NCBI GenBank assembly: GCA_052426225.1
Contig: JBNJNM010000008.1
Location: 310,001-374,000, forward strand
Reading direction: 5' to 3'
DNA from: Zancudomyces culisetae HAW-14-8
Lineage: Eukaryota > Fungi > Kickxellomycota
Length of the DNA: 64,000 nucleotides
Of this stretch, positions 1 through 12,447 are shown piece by piece. The number at the start of each line of letters is the position of its first letter. Within the stretch, counting starts at the first letter, position 1. The translations under genes and the position numbers were made by a program. The notes under the pieces were generated by a model. It was not told the DNA's origin and did no database searches. It worked only from the letters and a program-made list of their open reading frames with translations.

Positions 1-21
1 ATTGAAATAAATAAATTTTAG

Positions 22-890
22 ATTCGGTAAATAAAAATAAAGGAGGGAGCAGAATAATTTTAAAAAAGGAAAATCATGAACGAGTTACAACGTCACAGGC
101 CATCTCGGCATTCCAAGCGAGATTAGGAATAGATCTAGATCCAACAGTGTTGGAGACAGCGTTAACACATAAATCCTATTATTCAAACAACGACACGTCA
201 GAAGTAAACGATACAAGTATTGAAAATAATGAAAAACTCGCAGGCTTGGGAAAACAGATATTATCACTTTATACAATGGAATATCTAGATGCCAAATTCC
301 CAAATCTACCACCAAATGTTTTGGTAGGCTTGCAACAATACCACTTTGTAGGACTTGGACCTCTAAGTTCATTTGCAAAGGTTGTTGGATTGGAGTATTT
401 GGTTAAATGGAAACCAGTAGGTGGACAGCCAGGATCACCACCAATTGCAGGAGTAGGAGAGATAGGAGGCGGAGGGTTAACTAAAGTACTTGTGAATGCA
501 GTTCAAGCACTTATTGGAGCTATTCATAGTTCATCAATAATCAAATCCAAATCCAAAGCCAACGATAGCAATAACAATAACAATAACAATCAAAATGGAA
601 ATGGAGATGCAGCAAAAGAATTTATTCACAAATATTTAATTCCACAATATAGATTATATGATAACCAATTCTACCTCCACAACAACACTACTAACGACAA
701 CTTGACAGCAGGAAGCTCAGCAATTATAGCCAACTTGATGAACTGTACAGCATACAGCTCTACAAATCCTAAACGGGTTCTTAAAGCACTTTTGGATAGA
801 AAAGGATTGCCATCAAAGCTACACTATCGAATCCTCAAGGAATCAGGTAGATTATCAGCCAACCCAGTTTTTATTGTAGGAGTATTTATT

Positions 891-924
<34 letters not shown>

Positions 925-1103
925 GTTCAACTCAACTAATCAAAATTGGTGAAGGGTTTGGAAGTAGTATCAAAATGGCTGAATTTAGAGCAACTAGACA
1001 TGCTTTGCTCAGCTACTATGCAAAGGAATTGAATACTTTTGATCTTCCTTCAAATCCAAACTACAGACCTAATAGGCTTGGTGATACCATTGCTATTCCT
1101 TAA
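22..1103 (+). CDS. MRPL3: Mitochondrial large-subunit ribosomal protein mL44 (RNase III-like domain + dsRBD); 5' end lies outside the window
   Basis: The frame of ORF 147..1103 stays open upstream (AISAFQARLGIDLD..LETALTHKSY) to a ttttag acceptor at 16-21, with an in-frame TAA at 12-14. It has an RNase III-like signature (NNEKLAGLG..L....EYLDAKFPNLP) and a dsRBD-like tail (ESGRLSANPVFIVGVF..KIGEGFGSSIKMAEFRA). Confidence 0.85.
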
Positions 1104-1107
1104 TCTT

Positions 1108-3174
1108 TCAAAACATACTTGATTTTATTCGTATTTTTTTGTCTTTGATTTTTTCATTTTCTTTAATTCTAAAGTATATTTCATGTCCAAATATTTCTAC
1201 CATTTCCTTTTCCTCTTCTTCTCCTTCTCCTTCTCCTTCTCCTTCTCCTTCTTGTTCTTGTTCTTGTTCTTGTCTTTGAGCATGAATATCTTTACAGTTA
1301 TACACTATATAATCAACTATAATCTGCGTAATTGTTTCCTTAATCCTCTCATACAACGTACTATATTTCCCTTTTCCTCCTCCTCCTCCTCCTCCTCTTC
1401 CTCCTAAATGATTCTGATTCTGATTAATACTAAGCTTAATAAGCATCATAATACTCTTAATATTTGGAACCAACAAGTGTCGAATAATCTGTGCCTCCCT
1501 AAGCCCTTCTACCCCCTTCAATGCACCATATATTCGAATCGCCGCCTGGCTATTGGTTGGATCCATCAATACTCGAATGTATGTCTTGGCTATTCTGCTC
1601 TGCAGTGTATGATATGTTTTTCCGTACTTTCGGCTAATTGTTCCTATAAGTTCTGCCGCTTTATCTCTAACCTTTATATCGTATTCTTCCTGACTTTCTT
1701 TTCTCTTTTCCTCTGTTTCCATCTCTTTTTCTGTTTCCATCTTTTTTTCTGTTTCCATCTTTTTTTCTGTTTCTTTTTCTGTTTCTTTTCCCACGATTTC
1801 CTGCTCCTTTTTCTCTGTTTCCATTTCTGTAATATTTTCCATCTCCATCTCCATTTCTGTTGTTTCTTTTTCTTTTTCTTTCTCCTTTTCTATTTCTTTT
1901 TCTTTTTGTTCTTCTTGTTCCTCAACCCTTTCTTTCTCTCCAACAATTATACCATTGCTATTCACATGACCTCCATTACTTAGTAAAATTGTCATCAAGC
2001 TCGGCATCAATAAATGCAAATACGGCTCAATATATATATGTTCATTTTCAATCAGCGCCCGTGCCATCTCTATATTATCCTCCATCTCCCTGATTCCTCT
2101 TCCTAGTCCCTGTTTGTCCCCAAGATTTACTATTGTCTTGTCATTAATCAATTGAACAAAATACGCCACCAGTGGCTGAATTCCTGCATCTTTTCTAATA
2201 CTTTCCAATCCTACTCGCTTCATTTCCTCATCGAATTCTTGATATATTGCCTTGATCACACTATTGTAATATACCACATGCTCTTTGCTAATGTTTTGTA
2301 CCACCACTTCTTGCTTGGCCCTCTTTCTTTGCTGTACCATATCTGCTTCTTCCTCGCCATATCCCCCATCTACGTCTACGTCTACATCTACATCTACATC
2401 TACATCAACATCCATACCTTCACCCATATTACTATCCTTATCTATATCTACATGTGTATCTGATCCCATCTTATCACCTTTCTCTTCTTGTCCTAACGAT
2501 GATCCTAGTGTTCGCTTGCCTCCACTGCTTCTCATGTTCATGTGCATTCGCTTTATTTTATTTATTTCCAGTGCTGTTGGGTTTTGTGGGATTCTCGGCT
2601 GCACTCCCTCAATACATAACCAATGGCTCGTACATTCAATCTCCCCCTTAATCTCTGGCAATTTCTCATTGATGACTTGTTCAAGGTCCAGCTCTTCTTC
2701 CTCTACATAGTATATATCCTCCATTGCTGTTGACACGCACTTGTATTTCTGGGATTTATCCCCACTTCCTCCTATTCCATCGAGTTCGTACCCATAGATC
2801 CCCTCAATATTTTTTACTTTTAGCGCTCGATTGATATCATGTGTCGTTAATATAGTTCGCTTTCCGTGTCGCATAAATTTTTTAGCCTCTTGAATAACAT
2901 TGCGGATTCTGTATTCCACATCTTGTGCCAATTCCGAAGTTACTTCTTCCTTGATTTTGTTTATTCCTAATGATTCCGCCACCGACTAGTTTTATTTATT
3001 TATTTATTATTATTATTATTTAGTATTCATTGGTATGTTGTGTTTTATTGATCATATTCAACCATCTAAAATAAACACACGAATAATTTACATTAATATT
3101 TCCAAATCAAACAGATTAAATAAAGAATTTGTTAGAGTATGGGTACTTACTCTGATTGAATTTTTCGAAAACAT
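1108..3174 (-). CDS. TAF6: TFIID/SAGA subunit TAF6 (H4-like histone fold + HEAT domain); exons 3174-3151 and 2985-1108
   Basis: Spliced N-terminus MFSKNSIR|SVAESLGI..LAQDVEYRIRNVIQEAKKFMRHGKR; also HWLCIEGVQPRIPQNP, DAGIQPLVAYFV and YIEPYLHLLMPSLMT. Intron is gtaagt...ctag. Confidence 0.95.
1700..1925 (-). repeat. Degenerate 18-bp/6-bp coding repeat (ETEKKM/EKEK/EMEM) forming an E/K-rich insertion in TAF6
   Basis: Tandem ctgtttccatcttttttt units on the + strand; the translation contains KETEKETEKKMETEKKMETEKEMETEE. Confidence 0.85.
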
Positions 3175-3690
3175 CTTATCGTTTCACTCTTCCTCCCTTT
3201 CTTTCTACTATTTTTCTTTTATTATTTTGTTTTACTGTATTGAACTGTATTGTATTGAAATACTGTTTAAAATAAATAAATAAAATAAAATAAAAAAACT
3301 GTAAATAAATGATAAATATTCGTGATTTCAATATTTAAATTACACCAACTCATTCGCCTATTTCTTTTATTTTTTGCTTTTTTCTTTATTTTTCTTTATT
3401 TTGAGTGTATTTACTCACTAATTTAAATATATTACTAATCCGAATGGAATAATAAAAAAAAGTGGGAAAAAATATAGAAATATCAGATTAAAAACCCGTA
3501 AAATTTCCCATATAAATATTAAACTCCCCTCCACTCTGGTAACTTTTGAATAACCATATTTTCCAACTTTATAAAATATATTTTGCTAAACTTTTTTTTA
3601 TACTTTTTACTTTTCACTCCTTACCAATTACTGTATATTAAGGATACTATTAAATACAAAAAGCAAATAGTACAAGGAAAATAAAAAAAA

Positions 3691-6051
3691 ATGTCGTTTT
3701 CACAAGGAATAAAACTATCAAACATTAGCGACTACTTGGCACCCTCTGAATCATGTGTAATCCCCACTACGAAGAAAGCCATACCTAACGCTGGTAAGGA
3801 TTCGAACTTCACATGGAATAACGCTCCCAATACTACCGCTACCGCCACGACTGCAGAGATAAATTTGTCGGATTGCTTGGCTTGTAGTGGATGTATAACC
3901 ACTGCCGAATCGGTTTTGGTAAATCATCAGAGCTATATCAAAGTTGCCGATCTATTGCTACCAAAGAATAGTACCAAGGAAACCAACAGAGTCATTTTTA
4001 GTTTGTCTCCACAGAGTATTGTTTCGATCGCAAACAAATTTCCAATTAGTCTGTTGCCAAATTCAGTCAATGACGTTACATCCACAAATGGTGAAAATAT
4101 GGCTGATACAGTAAACGCAGCAAACAATATAGGAAATATCACTAGTGAATTTACGAGTTTGGATGTATTCTCCGCTATAAAAATACTGGCGTTTTGGTTA
4201 AACAAGTTTGGTGTTTATAAAATAGTAGATCTCGGCTATGGCAGATTAATATACCAACAAGCAAGTTATCAAGAAGTATTGGATAGATCAAGAACTACTG
4301 CATCTAAACATACACACTTGAATCCAAATCCAAATAAAAACACAAGCACAAACAATTGCGACAAGGGGTCAATGGTGATTTCCAGTTGGTGTCCTGGAGT
4401 ACTTTCGTTTATTGAAAAAAAGTATCCAACTTTGATTAACCACCTAAGTAGAGTGAAATCACCTTTACAGTTAACTGGTGCTTATGTCACACAGAAATAC
4501 AAGCTGGGAAATCCGTCTCATAAATTAGAAAATGTCGAAAATTATCATTACCAACAAAACAAGCCTATACCGGGAACCGCTTACTATCATGTTGGAGTAT
4601 TACCATGTTACGATAAAAAACTAGAATCCTTCAGGAACAACACCGATGATAGCGATATTGAGAATCCAAGCAAAGTCAATGTAAAGGATATAGATATAGT
4701 TTTGAGTACAATTGAGTTTATTCAATTATTGGAGTATCTAGTCAGTGAATATCGAAATTCTTCCAAAGATTCGACAACGATTTTGCAAAGTGAAATCAAA
4801 TCCAATAATAACAACCAAATGGGTATACAAGGAATCGAGAACATTAATTTGAACAAGTATGTAGAAATGTTTGATTCTAGTTTTCGTTCAATACTTGAAC
4901 CATCAGAATTATCTAATACAAAGCTTTTAACTGGTATGGAGAATGAACTCAAGTCTACGAGTAAAAATGGGCAAGAAATGGATATTTCCAATAATAAGGT
5001 GATAAATACTAGTGGAGGCACATTGGAATATATCCTTACTAGAGCTTTATTTGATGAAATAAGCAAGATAAAAAGTGCCGGTATTGCTGATCAAAGAATG
5101 GAAAGCTCCAACTGTGCCAATACCGATGGAGGCGATTTATTAGCAAACCAAGAGTTTCATAATGTGGTGTCACTTTTATACACGACAAAACCTATCGAAA
5201 CATCTCTGACGATTAACTATAGCCCGAACAACAATGATGTTTGTGGTTTTGATTCTGGAATGAGCATGGATGTGGATATGAATATGGATGTGGATATGGA
5301 TATGAATATGGGTGTAAACAAGGGCATAATAGTGAATCTAAGCATCAAGTATCCGAAAATTAAACAATCTCCAAATTATAAAATAATAAAGATTTCTATT
5401 ATGGAACCTAATAACACCGAACCAAGAAAGGTAATAATAGGACTTGGGATTTATGGATTCAAGTATATGCAAGGATATTTAAACAAACTATCGAAAATTG
5501 AACCATCATCAACAGCACCAAAAACGGCAAGAGCTAACGGTAGCAGTAGTGGTAGTGGTAGTGGCAGTGGTAGTATATCTAATGAAGAACGAGCATTGTT
5601 TTCAAACGATACTACATTTGTGGAGATAGGAGCTTGTCCCTCGGGATGTATCAATGGTGGTGGACAATTAAAACTGTCTACTGTATCGAATAGGAGAAAC
5701 GAATTGACAAAGTTAACTAGAACATTTTCAGAGCATTTCGATTATTATCGTCCGTATTATAAAGTAAAAGACAAAGATGTGAACGTGAATGAGGGTGTGA
5801 ATGAGGGTGATAAAAAATACAAGAATGAAATCAACAAAGTGTACCAAGACTTGGAAAACAATAAACTGATGCTCAATGAGGAATATAAAGCAGTGGGAAA
5901 ACTTTCAACAGGTTCTGATGAACATCTTTTAGGGACATCTGCAAATAATAATATGACGGTAGATAATACTGAGAATAGAGCTATAGATGGTAAAACTGGC
6001 AATCCCAGCAAGAATGTCATTGGTGTAAAAAAAGTAGATTTAAGTTGGTAG
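3691..6051 (+). CDS. NAR1: Cytosolic Fe-S cluster assembly factor Nar1/NARFL (Fe-hydrogenase-like), expanded by low-complexity inserts
   Basis: Motifs SDYLAPSESCVIP, LSDCLACSGCITTAESVL, SSWCPG, RVKSPLQLTG, LPCYDKKLES and EIGACPSGCINGGGQ. The protein ends in LSW, an aromatic C-terminal tripeptide typical of Nar1. Confidence 0.95.
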   Translation: MSFSQGIKLSNISDYLAPSESCVIPTTKKAIPNAGKDSNFTWNNAPNTTATATTAEINLSDCLACSGCITTAESVLVNHQSYIKVADLLLPKNSTKETNRVIFSLSPQSIVSIANKFPISLLPNSVNDVTSTNGENMADTVNAANNIGNITSEFTSLDVFSAIKILAFWLNKFGVYKIVDLGYGRLIYQQASYQEVLDRSRTTASKHTHLNPNPNKNTSTNNCDKGSMVISSWCPGVLSFIEKKYPTLINHLSRVKSPLQLTGAYVTQKYKLGNPSHKLENVENYHYQQNKPIPGTAYYHVGVLPCYDKKLESFRNNTDDSDIENPSKVNVKDIDIVLSTIEFIQLLEYLVSEYRNSSKDSTTILQSEIKSNNNNQMGIQGIENINLNKYVEMFDSSFRSILEPSELSNTKLLTGMENELKSTSKNGQEMDISNNKVINTSGGTLEYILTRALFDEISKIKSAGIADQRMESSNCANTDGGDLLANQEFHNVVSLLYTTKPIETSLTINYSPNNNDVCGFDSGMSMDVDMNMDVDMDMNMGVNKGIIVNLSIKYPKIKQSPNYKIIKISIMEPNNTEPRKVIIGLGIYGFKYMQGYLNKLSKIEPSSTAPKTARANGSSSGSGSGSGSISNEERALFSNDTTFVEIGACPSGCINGGGQLKLSTVSNRRNELTKLTRTFSEHFDYYRPYYKVKDKDVNVNEGVNEGDKKYKNEINKVYQDLENNKLMLNEEYKAVGKLSTGSDEHLLGTSANNNMTVDNTENRAIDGKTGNPSKNVIGVKKVDLSW

Positions 6052-6242
6052 ATAACTAACATTGGAAATAAACCATATATTTAAAAGTATTTTTATATAC
6101 ATATATATATATGTATATATGTATAAGCATTATTTAATCGAATAAATAAAAGTCAAAAAATAAAATAAAATGAATAAACTAAAAACTAATATCTAAATCA
6201 CCCCATCCTTCATTTGTATCTACCTCGGGGAAAGGATCATTG

Positions 6243-9200
6243 TTAGTATGTTTTTTTTTCACTTGCAAGATTATGTGATTCTTGGTTTTTGCTTTTATCT
6301 ATATCGCTATCACTATCACCATTGCTATCACCAAAGCTATTAGTACTAGTACTAGTAGCTTTGTTGGTATCTTTATCAGTATTGGTACTAGTACTAGTAC
6401 TAGAAATAATTGGATTGTCGGTAATATCATGTGGTTTCAGATCGAGATCAAGTTCCAAATCGCCCCATCCCTCAGTTTGTGCCAAATCTAAATCCAACTC
6501 GTTTATTTTTGAGTTTAATGCGTCCAAATTATAATCTTTGCTCTCATTTTCACTTTCATTCTCGCTTTCATTGTCATTTTCATTCTCATTTTCATTATCG
6601 TTACTGGAAATACTTGATGAATTATTATCAAGATCTTGGTTATACGAAAATAAAGCACCAAAGTTATTACTCGTGGAAATGTAGGTTTGATCTAAATCAT
6701 TTAATATAGAAATGACATTTCCCAACATACCAACTCTCTCTGGATTACCACCACCACTATTATTAATATGCGTAGAATGCTCGGGTTTAATAGATAATGG
6801 ATCATTGATGCTGTGAATTTCCGATTTCCATTTGGTCAAAATATAATCGGTTTGTATTTTGTACTTTGTCTTCAAGATCAGAATCATTTTTTTAAATAGA
6901 AACCCCAGCTTAAAGTCTGCATAACTACTATCATTTTTGCCAAATGACAATACGTTGAGAATGTTGATTCCATTAAGAACCAGATCAGACTTGGACAAAT
7001 ACAAGTTGTCAATAATTTCTGCTATACTCTTATGTTTCCATACCCACGCCATATCCATTTCTCCAGTAGCTGGCGGTGCGTTTTCGTCATTAACATCATC
7101 TAATGATAGCAATAGTATAGATCCATCATTGGCCTGCTTGTTATAATACTCACTTGTCGTAAAAAACGATTCCAAGTAACAACTGATAATCTCTTGCTCG
7201 ACTCTTTCCTTTTCAATATCGTCAATGATCAATTTGAGAGTTCCAGTTGTATTCAATTCATGTGAAATGGTGGTCAACAGCACCAAATTTATAATAAATC
7301 TGTATTCAGGGCTTATAGACCGCTTCAACATCTCACAAAGGTATAGGTAGAATTGGTAGCGGAATGATTGGATATCACTGATCTTGGCCTGTGTTACATA
7401 GTTGTTGAACAACACAATATTCAGCAACACTTTGTTCATACCAAGACTACTTATTCCTGTGTTTATTTTCTCTTGTACTTCGCTTTGTTGGATTTCAAAG
7501 GCATCTAATTTGTCTTTGAGTAACAAATGATACTTGTTTATTGTTTGGTAAACCACAGGAAAATCACCTGGCTCACCCAAATTACAACCGCCAACAGTTT
7601 GGATATTTGGTTGTAAATTCAATGCGATTATTTCCATAATCTCATCAACAAATACTTGAGAATATTGTGGTATGGATTCTAGTAACCAATCCACCATTTT
7701 CAGTGTACTGTTTATTCTTTTTATGTTTTCTCTAGCAGTTCCAGTTCTGGCATTTCTAAACATCATAATGCTGATATCTTTGATTTCCTCGCTGGTTGTA
7801 AATTCTTCAATAAGCCTTGGGTTATTGCATACAGTATATATCCACAAATCTCCTTCGCCAGATTGTTTTATGAGTTGAGCCATTTTGGGTCGTAGGTATC
7901 CGATATAATCGTCAATATTGTCACTTTCGTCACCAAACATGTGGTAATAGCTTGTCAAATCAATCAGACTTTCTAGCACTACTTTTCTAGTACCACTTCC
8001 GACCTTGTTTGGGTTTTCCAAGTGACTATTTATTCTCTGGTTTATCAATTCCAACACATCTATTTTGCCTCCGCTATAATATTTTTCAAACTTTACAACC
8101 TGTTGAACTGCCAAATACATTACTTGGTTGTTTTCACCATCAATTTCGCTGATTTCTTGAATAAACAAATCGCGAATTGTCGCTTCAACATTTCTCAAAT
8201 TTCGCAATAATCTGCTTTGGTGTAGCTCTACATTTTTAATCTTTGTAAATCCAAATGGTTCCCGAATCTCTGCCAACTCTTCAATCTTACAAATCAACTC
8301 TATTTCGTCTGCAAACATTCCTTTTTGTCCGGCTATTGACTCTGTGGTATACATCATTGTCACCCTTTGTTTTCCTGTTATGTTATCTGCAAATTCGTTA
8401 TTGCTGTTGATTAGCACTCTTTCAGCCACCTTTTTGATTTTTTCAGTATCTGGCTTGAGTATTTGAATAGTTGCTATATACTCATTCAATATATTCCCAA
8501 CTCGACTTTTCAAACTTCCTTCTGTTTCCATCTTGTTTACCATTGAGTACACCAATAGCTCGTCATAATCTCTTATTTCACTGCTGCTGTAACTTTTGAT
8601 TTCTTTCACTAGTTGTTTCAGTTGTGTTTCTGAAAGTCCAATTGCTCTAAACCGCTTCAACTTTTCAGCCTCTACTTCATCAGTACCACCTTCCTGTCCA
8701 CTCTTTCGCACTGTCACAAATCTATAAACTGCTGCCATTGTCCTTGCAATGCTTTCATGTGCTAACTGTGGCTTGACTTTCATTAACAGTTTACCCAACT
8801 CCAGCCGTTCTTTGTATTCTTTGTTTGCGCTTTGTGCTTCAGTAACTAGAAAGTTGTCCAGTTTAACTATCTCTTCTACGCTAATCTCTGGTACTTTGGT
8901 TTCCCTTTTATCTGTTGTGCTTTTCAAGAAATCTCCAAACTCAATGTCTACCTGTTTATCGAATATCTTTTTCTGCTCCTCACCCAGCTCTTTTATCTTT
9001 CTTGTTATTAATGCCTGATTACTGTCTTGTTTTGATCCTGAGACCGTCAACTTGCCATTTAAAAATCGATATTTTATCCATTCTACCAGATATTCACTTG
9101 TATTTCCTTTGATTTCTTGCAATATCCTCTTCAATACAACACCATCTGATGTGTGCATATCTATTGGCTCCCATTTAATGCCCACTTCTTCTTCTTCTTC

Positions 9201-11510
9201 TTCCGCTTGCTCTGTTTCCTTTCCAACTCTCAAGGCCTTTGTTTGTTTGTTTATTTCGTCCTTTTCTATCCCTCTTGTACTTTGTACATCCATATCCATA
9301 CTCGTACCCACATCCATCTTTGTATCAAGATTTTTATCTACATTCATATCCAAATCTTGAACATTTCTCACCTCTTCTTTAACTTGGTTTGTTTTTTGCG
9401 TTCTCTTTACCATTTTTGGTATGGGTTCACTTAATAACTCGATAGGATCATTACTCGTTTCAAAGACCTTGTTGATTTTGCTCATATACTGATAACTCCT
9501 TTTCAGTTGTCGCCATTTATCACTCATTTCCAAAAGCAATTCACTATCACACACTCTAATTACATAACCAAGCAGTTCTTCCGCCTCCTTGGCCTCTAAC
9601 TCCTCAGTCAGCCGAACTATTTCTCGACACATCGCTTCATCCACGCTGTTTCTACCTCCCATCACTGTCTTGACAACATCATATCCAAACTTATAATCTC
9701 CATTGTCAATCGCTGATTCCAACACCTTTCTAATGACCATCATTTCTGTGTTGGAATATATCCCTTTCTCCTTTCTTGTTACATTTTTGGCTTTGGTTTC
9801 GGTTTCAGTTTTATACATTCCTAACAACCGTCCTGCTTCTCTTAGTACACCTATCTTTCGATATCCTTTCTTGTTCTCTCGCAACACTTGATCAATTACT
9901 TGCTCAATTTTACTATTTCGAACCACCATTGGTTCAATGTTTGCATTTACTGTCCACAACAGATTTACTCCTTCCAAAAACCGTATTTGTTCTCTAGTTT
10001 CTTCGCTATCTACTAGTTTCAGTATTTCCACCGCCTTCTGGTTATCCATACTCTTCATATCACCCGTTCCGCTATTGTCACTAAGCTCTCTTCCCGCATG
10101 CAATACTGCCTCCTTGTATTCACCGTCACCCAGTTTTGCTCTTCGACATATTTCCTTTGTCACGACTAGTTCATAGTTCACCAGCACATATTTGAAAAAT
10201 TCATTTTTAATATATTTCTCACTTAGAACCGAAAACAACCCACTACTCAACTCCATCACGTCATCGTACACCTCTTCCAACATTTCTGTCGTCTCTTTTT
10301 GGTCTCCACCCCATAAATCCACGCTGTTGTCCTGTACAATCATTTTTCTTAGCATTATCTTTATATTTTCTACATCTCCCCTAAACTCCACAAGATCTTT
10401 TACTCCACTTTTCGTTTTTATCCCTCGCCTTTTTAAAATATCATATTCAGCAAACAGTTTTTTCAGTGCTTTTACCGCATTTTCTTTTCCTCCTTGTAGC
10501 TCTACAAATTCTCTTATCATCTTGTATTGCTCATAAAACTCTTTAATCCCTTTCTTTTCCATCTCTCCCACAAATTCACACAACTTTTCTATAACACATT
10601 CCTTCTCTTGACCTTTCTCCAATACTCTCTTCTCCTTATCCTTCCCCTCTTCTCCAATCCCCTTCAAAACTATACTTTCAAGTTCGTTTATTGAGATGTC
10701 CTTGCTATCCAGCATCACTATTGCACAAAAAACCATCTCCCACGGAATCTTTACATCCTTATCGCTTTCTCTTTTTCTCGTCTCATTTCTTGATTTATTT
10801 TTTTCTAGCGTTACATTCATAACTGATATTATCTCCATTCCAAAGGTTTCAAATAACCCTGCTATGTATTTTTCATACTTTTCCTTTGTCATCCCCTTCG
10901 CCTTTATACTTTCGTCCTCTTTACTCTTCTCTTCATTTACATACTCCTCTAGAACCTCTAAAAGCTGCCTCATCTTGGGTGTAAACTCTTCGCATTGTAT
11001 CCATTTACTCTCGTACCCGTTTCGTACAATATCTCTAGGTTTCACTACTAATCGTTCAAAGTTGTCGTCATTCTCGCCATTTATAAGTTCATCTACCCGG
11101 ATATCACTATATGATATACCATTGTCTTCCACAGCTGCCTCACAGTCATCCCCAAACACCTCAATCATCCCTTGAAACAATTTTACATCCCTATACATTT
11201 TATTTATTGCATTGAATTTCCTCTTGCTATCAGGAGTCAATTTGATTTCCTGACACTCGTATTCCAGAAGTTGCAGTTGTTCTTGAAAATAGTTCATAAA
11301 TTCTACCACATAATCAACTCTGCCTGTTACATTGTCTATTTCTTGACTGCGACTCCTTATTACCTGCTCGTAAAGCTCTGCAATTTCTTCTATACCGATA
11401 CCATTCTTTAGTAATTCCTTTAACCCTAGGCCCATTCCTTCAATGTACTCTGTTGGTCTTTTTCCCTCAGGAATGTATGACAACTTTGTCTTGACTCTAT
11501 TTATATCCAT
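6243..11510 (-). CDS. SEC39: Sec39/NBAS-like ER-Golgi tethering (Dsl1/NRZ complex) subunit, divergent
   Basis: 1755-aa helical ORF. The segment LHAGRELSDNSGTGDM...KAVEILKLV...RFLEGVNLL...IEPMVVRN..IEQVIDQVLRENKKGYRK resembles the Sec39 domain. Acidic low-complexity tail. Confidence 0.6.
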   Translation of the reverse strand: MDINRVKTKLSYIPEGKRPTEYIEGMGLGLKELLKNGIGIEEIAELYEQVIRSRSQEIDNVTGRVDYVVEFMNYFQEQLQLLEYECQEIKLTPDSKRKFNAINKMYRDVKLFQGMIEVFGDDCEAAVEDNGISYSDIRVDELINGENDDNFERLVVKPRDIVRNGYESKWIQCEEFTPKMRQLLEVLEEYVNEEKSKEDESIKAKGMTKEKYEKYIAGLFETFGMEIISVMNVTLEKNKSRNETRKRESDKDVKIPWEMVFCAIVMLDSKDISINELESIVLKGIGEEGKDKEKRVLEKGQEKECVIEKLCEFVGEMEKKGIKEFYEQYKMIREFVELQGGKENAVKALKKLFAEYDILKRRGIKTKSGVKDLVEFRGDVENIKIMLRKMIVQDNSVDLWGGDQKETTEMLEEVYDDVMELSSGLFSVLSEKYIKNEFFKYVLVNYELVVTKEICRRAKLGDGEYKEAVLHAGRELSDNSGTGDMKSMDNQKAVEILKLVDSEETREQIRFLEGVNLLWTVNANIEPMVVRNSKIEQVIDQVLRENKKGYRKIGVLREAGRLLGMYKTETETKAKNVTRKEKGIYSNTEMMVIRKVLESAIDNGDYKFGYDVVKTVMGGRNSVDEAMCREIVRLTEELEAKEAEELLGYVIRVCDSELLLEMSDKWRQLKRSYQYMSKINKVFETSNDPIELLSEPIPKMVKRTQKTNQVKEEVRNVQDLDMNVDKNLDTKMDVGTSMDMDVQSTRGIEKDEINKQTKALRVGKETEQAEEEEEEVGIKWEPIDMHTSDGVVLKRILQEIKGNTSEYLVEWIKYRFLNGKLTVSGSKQDSNQALITRKIKELGEEQKKIFDKQVDIEFGDFLKSTTDKRETKVPEISVEEIVKLDNFLVTEAQSANKEYKERLELGKLLMKVKPQLAHESIARTMAAVYRFVTVRKSGQEGGTDEVEAEKLKRFRAIGLSETQLKQLVKEIKSYSSSEIRDYDELLVYSMVNKMETEGSLKSRVGNILNEYIATIQILKPDTEKIKKVAERVLINSNNEFADNITGKQRVTMMYTTESIAGQKGMFADEIELICKIEELAEIREPFGFTKIKNVELHQSRLLRNLRNVEATIRDLFIQEISEIDGENNQVMYLAVQQVVKFEKYYSGGKIDVLELINQRINSHLENPNKVGSGTRKVVLESLIDLTSYYHMFGDESDNIDDYIGYLRPKMAQLIKQSGEGDLWIYTVCNNPRLIEEFTTSEEIKDISIMMFRNARTGTARENIKRINSTLKMVDWLLESIPQYSQVFVDEIMEIIALNLQPNIQTVGGCNLGEPGDFPVVYQTINKYHLLLKDKLDAFEIQQSEVQEKINTGISSLGMNKVLLNIVLFNNYVTQAKISDIQSFRYQFYLYLCEMLKRSISPEYRFIINLVLLTTISHELNTTGTLKLIIDDIEKERVEQEIISCYLESFFTTSEYYNKQANDGSILLLSLDDVNDENAPPATGEMDMAWVWKHKSIAEIIDNLYLSKSDLVLNGINILNVLSFGKNDSSYADFKLGFLFKKMILILKTKYKIQTDYILTKWKSEIHSINDPLSIKPEHSTHINNSGGGNPERVGMLGNVISILNDLDQTYISTSNNFGALFSYNQDLDNNSSSISSNDNENENENDNESENESENESKDYNLDALNSKINELDLDLAQTEGWGDLELDLDLKPHDITDNPIISSTSTSTNTDKDTNKATSTSTNSFGDSNGDSDSDIDKSKNQESHNLASEKKTY

Positions 11511-12447
11511 TTTCGCTCTTTTTTTCCCCCAACTTGTTTAGAGTTATATCTTCTATTCTTTCTATACTAAGAATCCTAAACTGTCCAGGTTTCACTTGCT
11601 TTCTTGTCGTTTAATGTAAAAGAAGTAGATCGCTTTTTTTATCTCTTTCAATTCCATGCAATAGACACTCGATGGTTCTGAATTGTCAATTATTTGCAAT
11701 CTTTTTAACTATATCAATACGGACTAAATAAAGATAAAAAATACTATATACCAACAATGAATTGTAATATTATCTCAATCCCTTTTCTTTTATTATATCT
11801 TTAGATTTTGTTTGTTTTTTTTTTTGCAAAAAAGGAGTGTATATAGATATGTGTATTGAATTTTAGTCAACAAGACTTGTTGTTATGAGAGAACATAACC
11901 AATGGACCTGTTTTACTTCATTTTTACAAATTCTGTATTATTTTCTTGTTTCTACTCTGTAATTCAAACTCCCTTTTAACTATTTGCATTCTTTCCAATC
12001 AAAACATCCAAGTCAATTCAACTCTAATTTGAAACATTATCTATTATTGTCAGCGTTAAAAAGCAGTAAGAATTATAAATGCTAGATCTATTCATCAACC
12101 AAATATAAAAAATATCAAGCTCTAAAAACACTAATCACTGCCAGCATCGAATACCTATGTTTTCTCGAATATATATAATCTCTGAACCACAATTTTCTGT
12201 CAGTATATCAAGTTTATTAATTCGACCTTTTCTTTAACTCAAATTCTATCATCTAAATAAATTGAATTACCCATCCAATCGTAAATACTCATCGCCCCTC
12301 CTCCCACCTTCCCAAATAAATAAAAATAGGAAAACATGGATCATCACAACGGGATTAAAAACTATTGAATACACATCAGTTTCTAGGAAATATCCTTGGT
12401 AATAAGACTAATTCTATAGACATTAGCGTTGTTGTATATCCAAAATC

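Noticed and set aside
76-126. ATG at 76 as the MRPL3 start
   Set aside because: Out of frame with the conserved ORF and stops after 16 codons. The real frame enters via an acceptor at 16-21.
1183-2710. F/L/S-rich + strand ORFs opposite TAF6 (similar ones opposite SEC39, UBP3 and the ArfGAP repeat)
   Set aside because: Shadow ORFs produced by purine-rich, repeat-laden coding strands.
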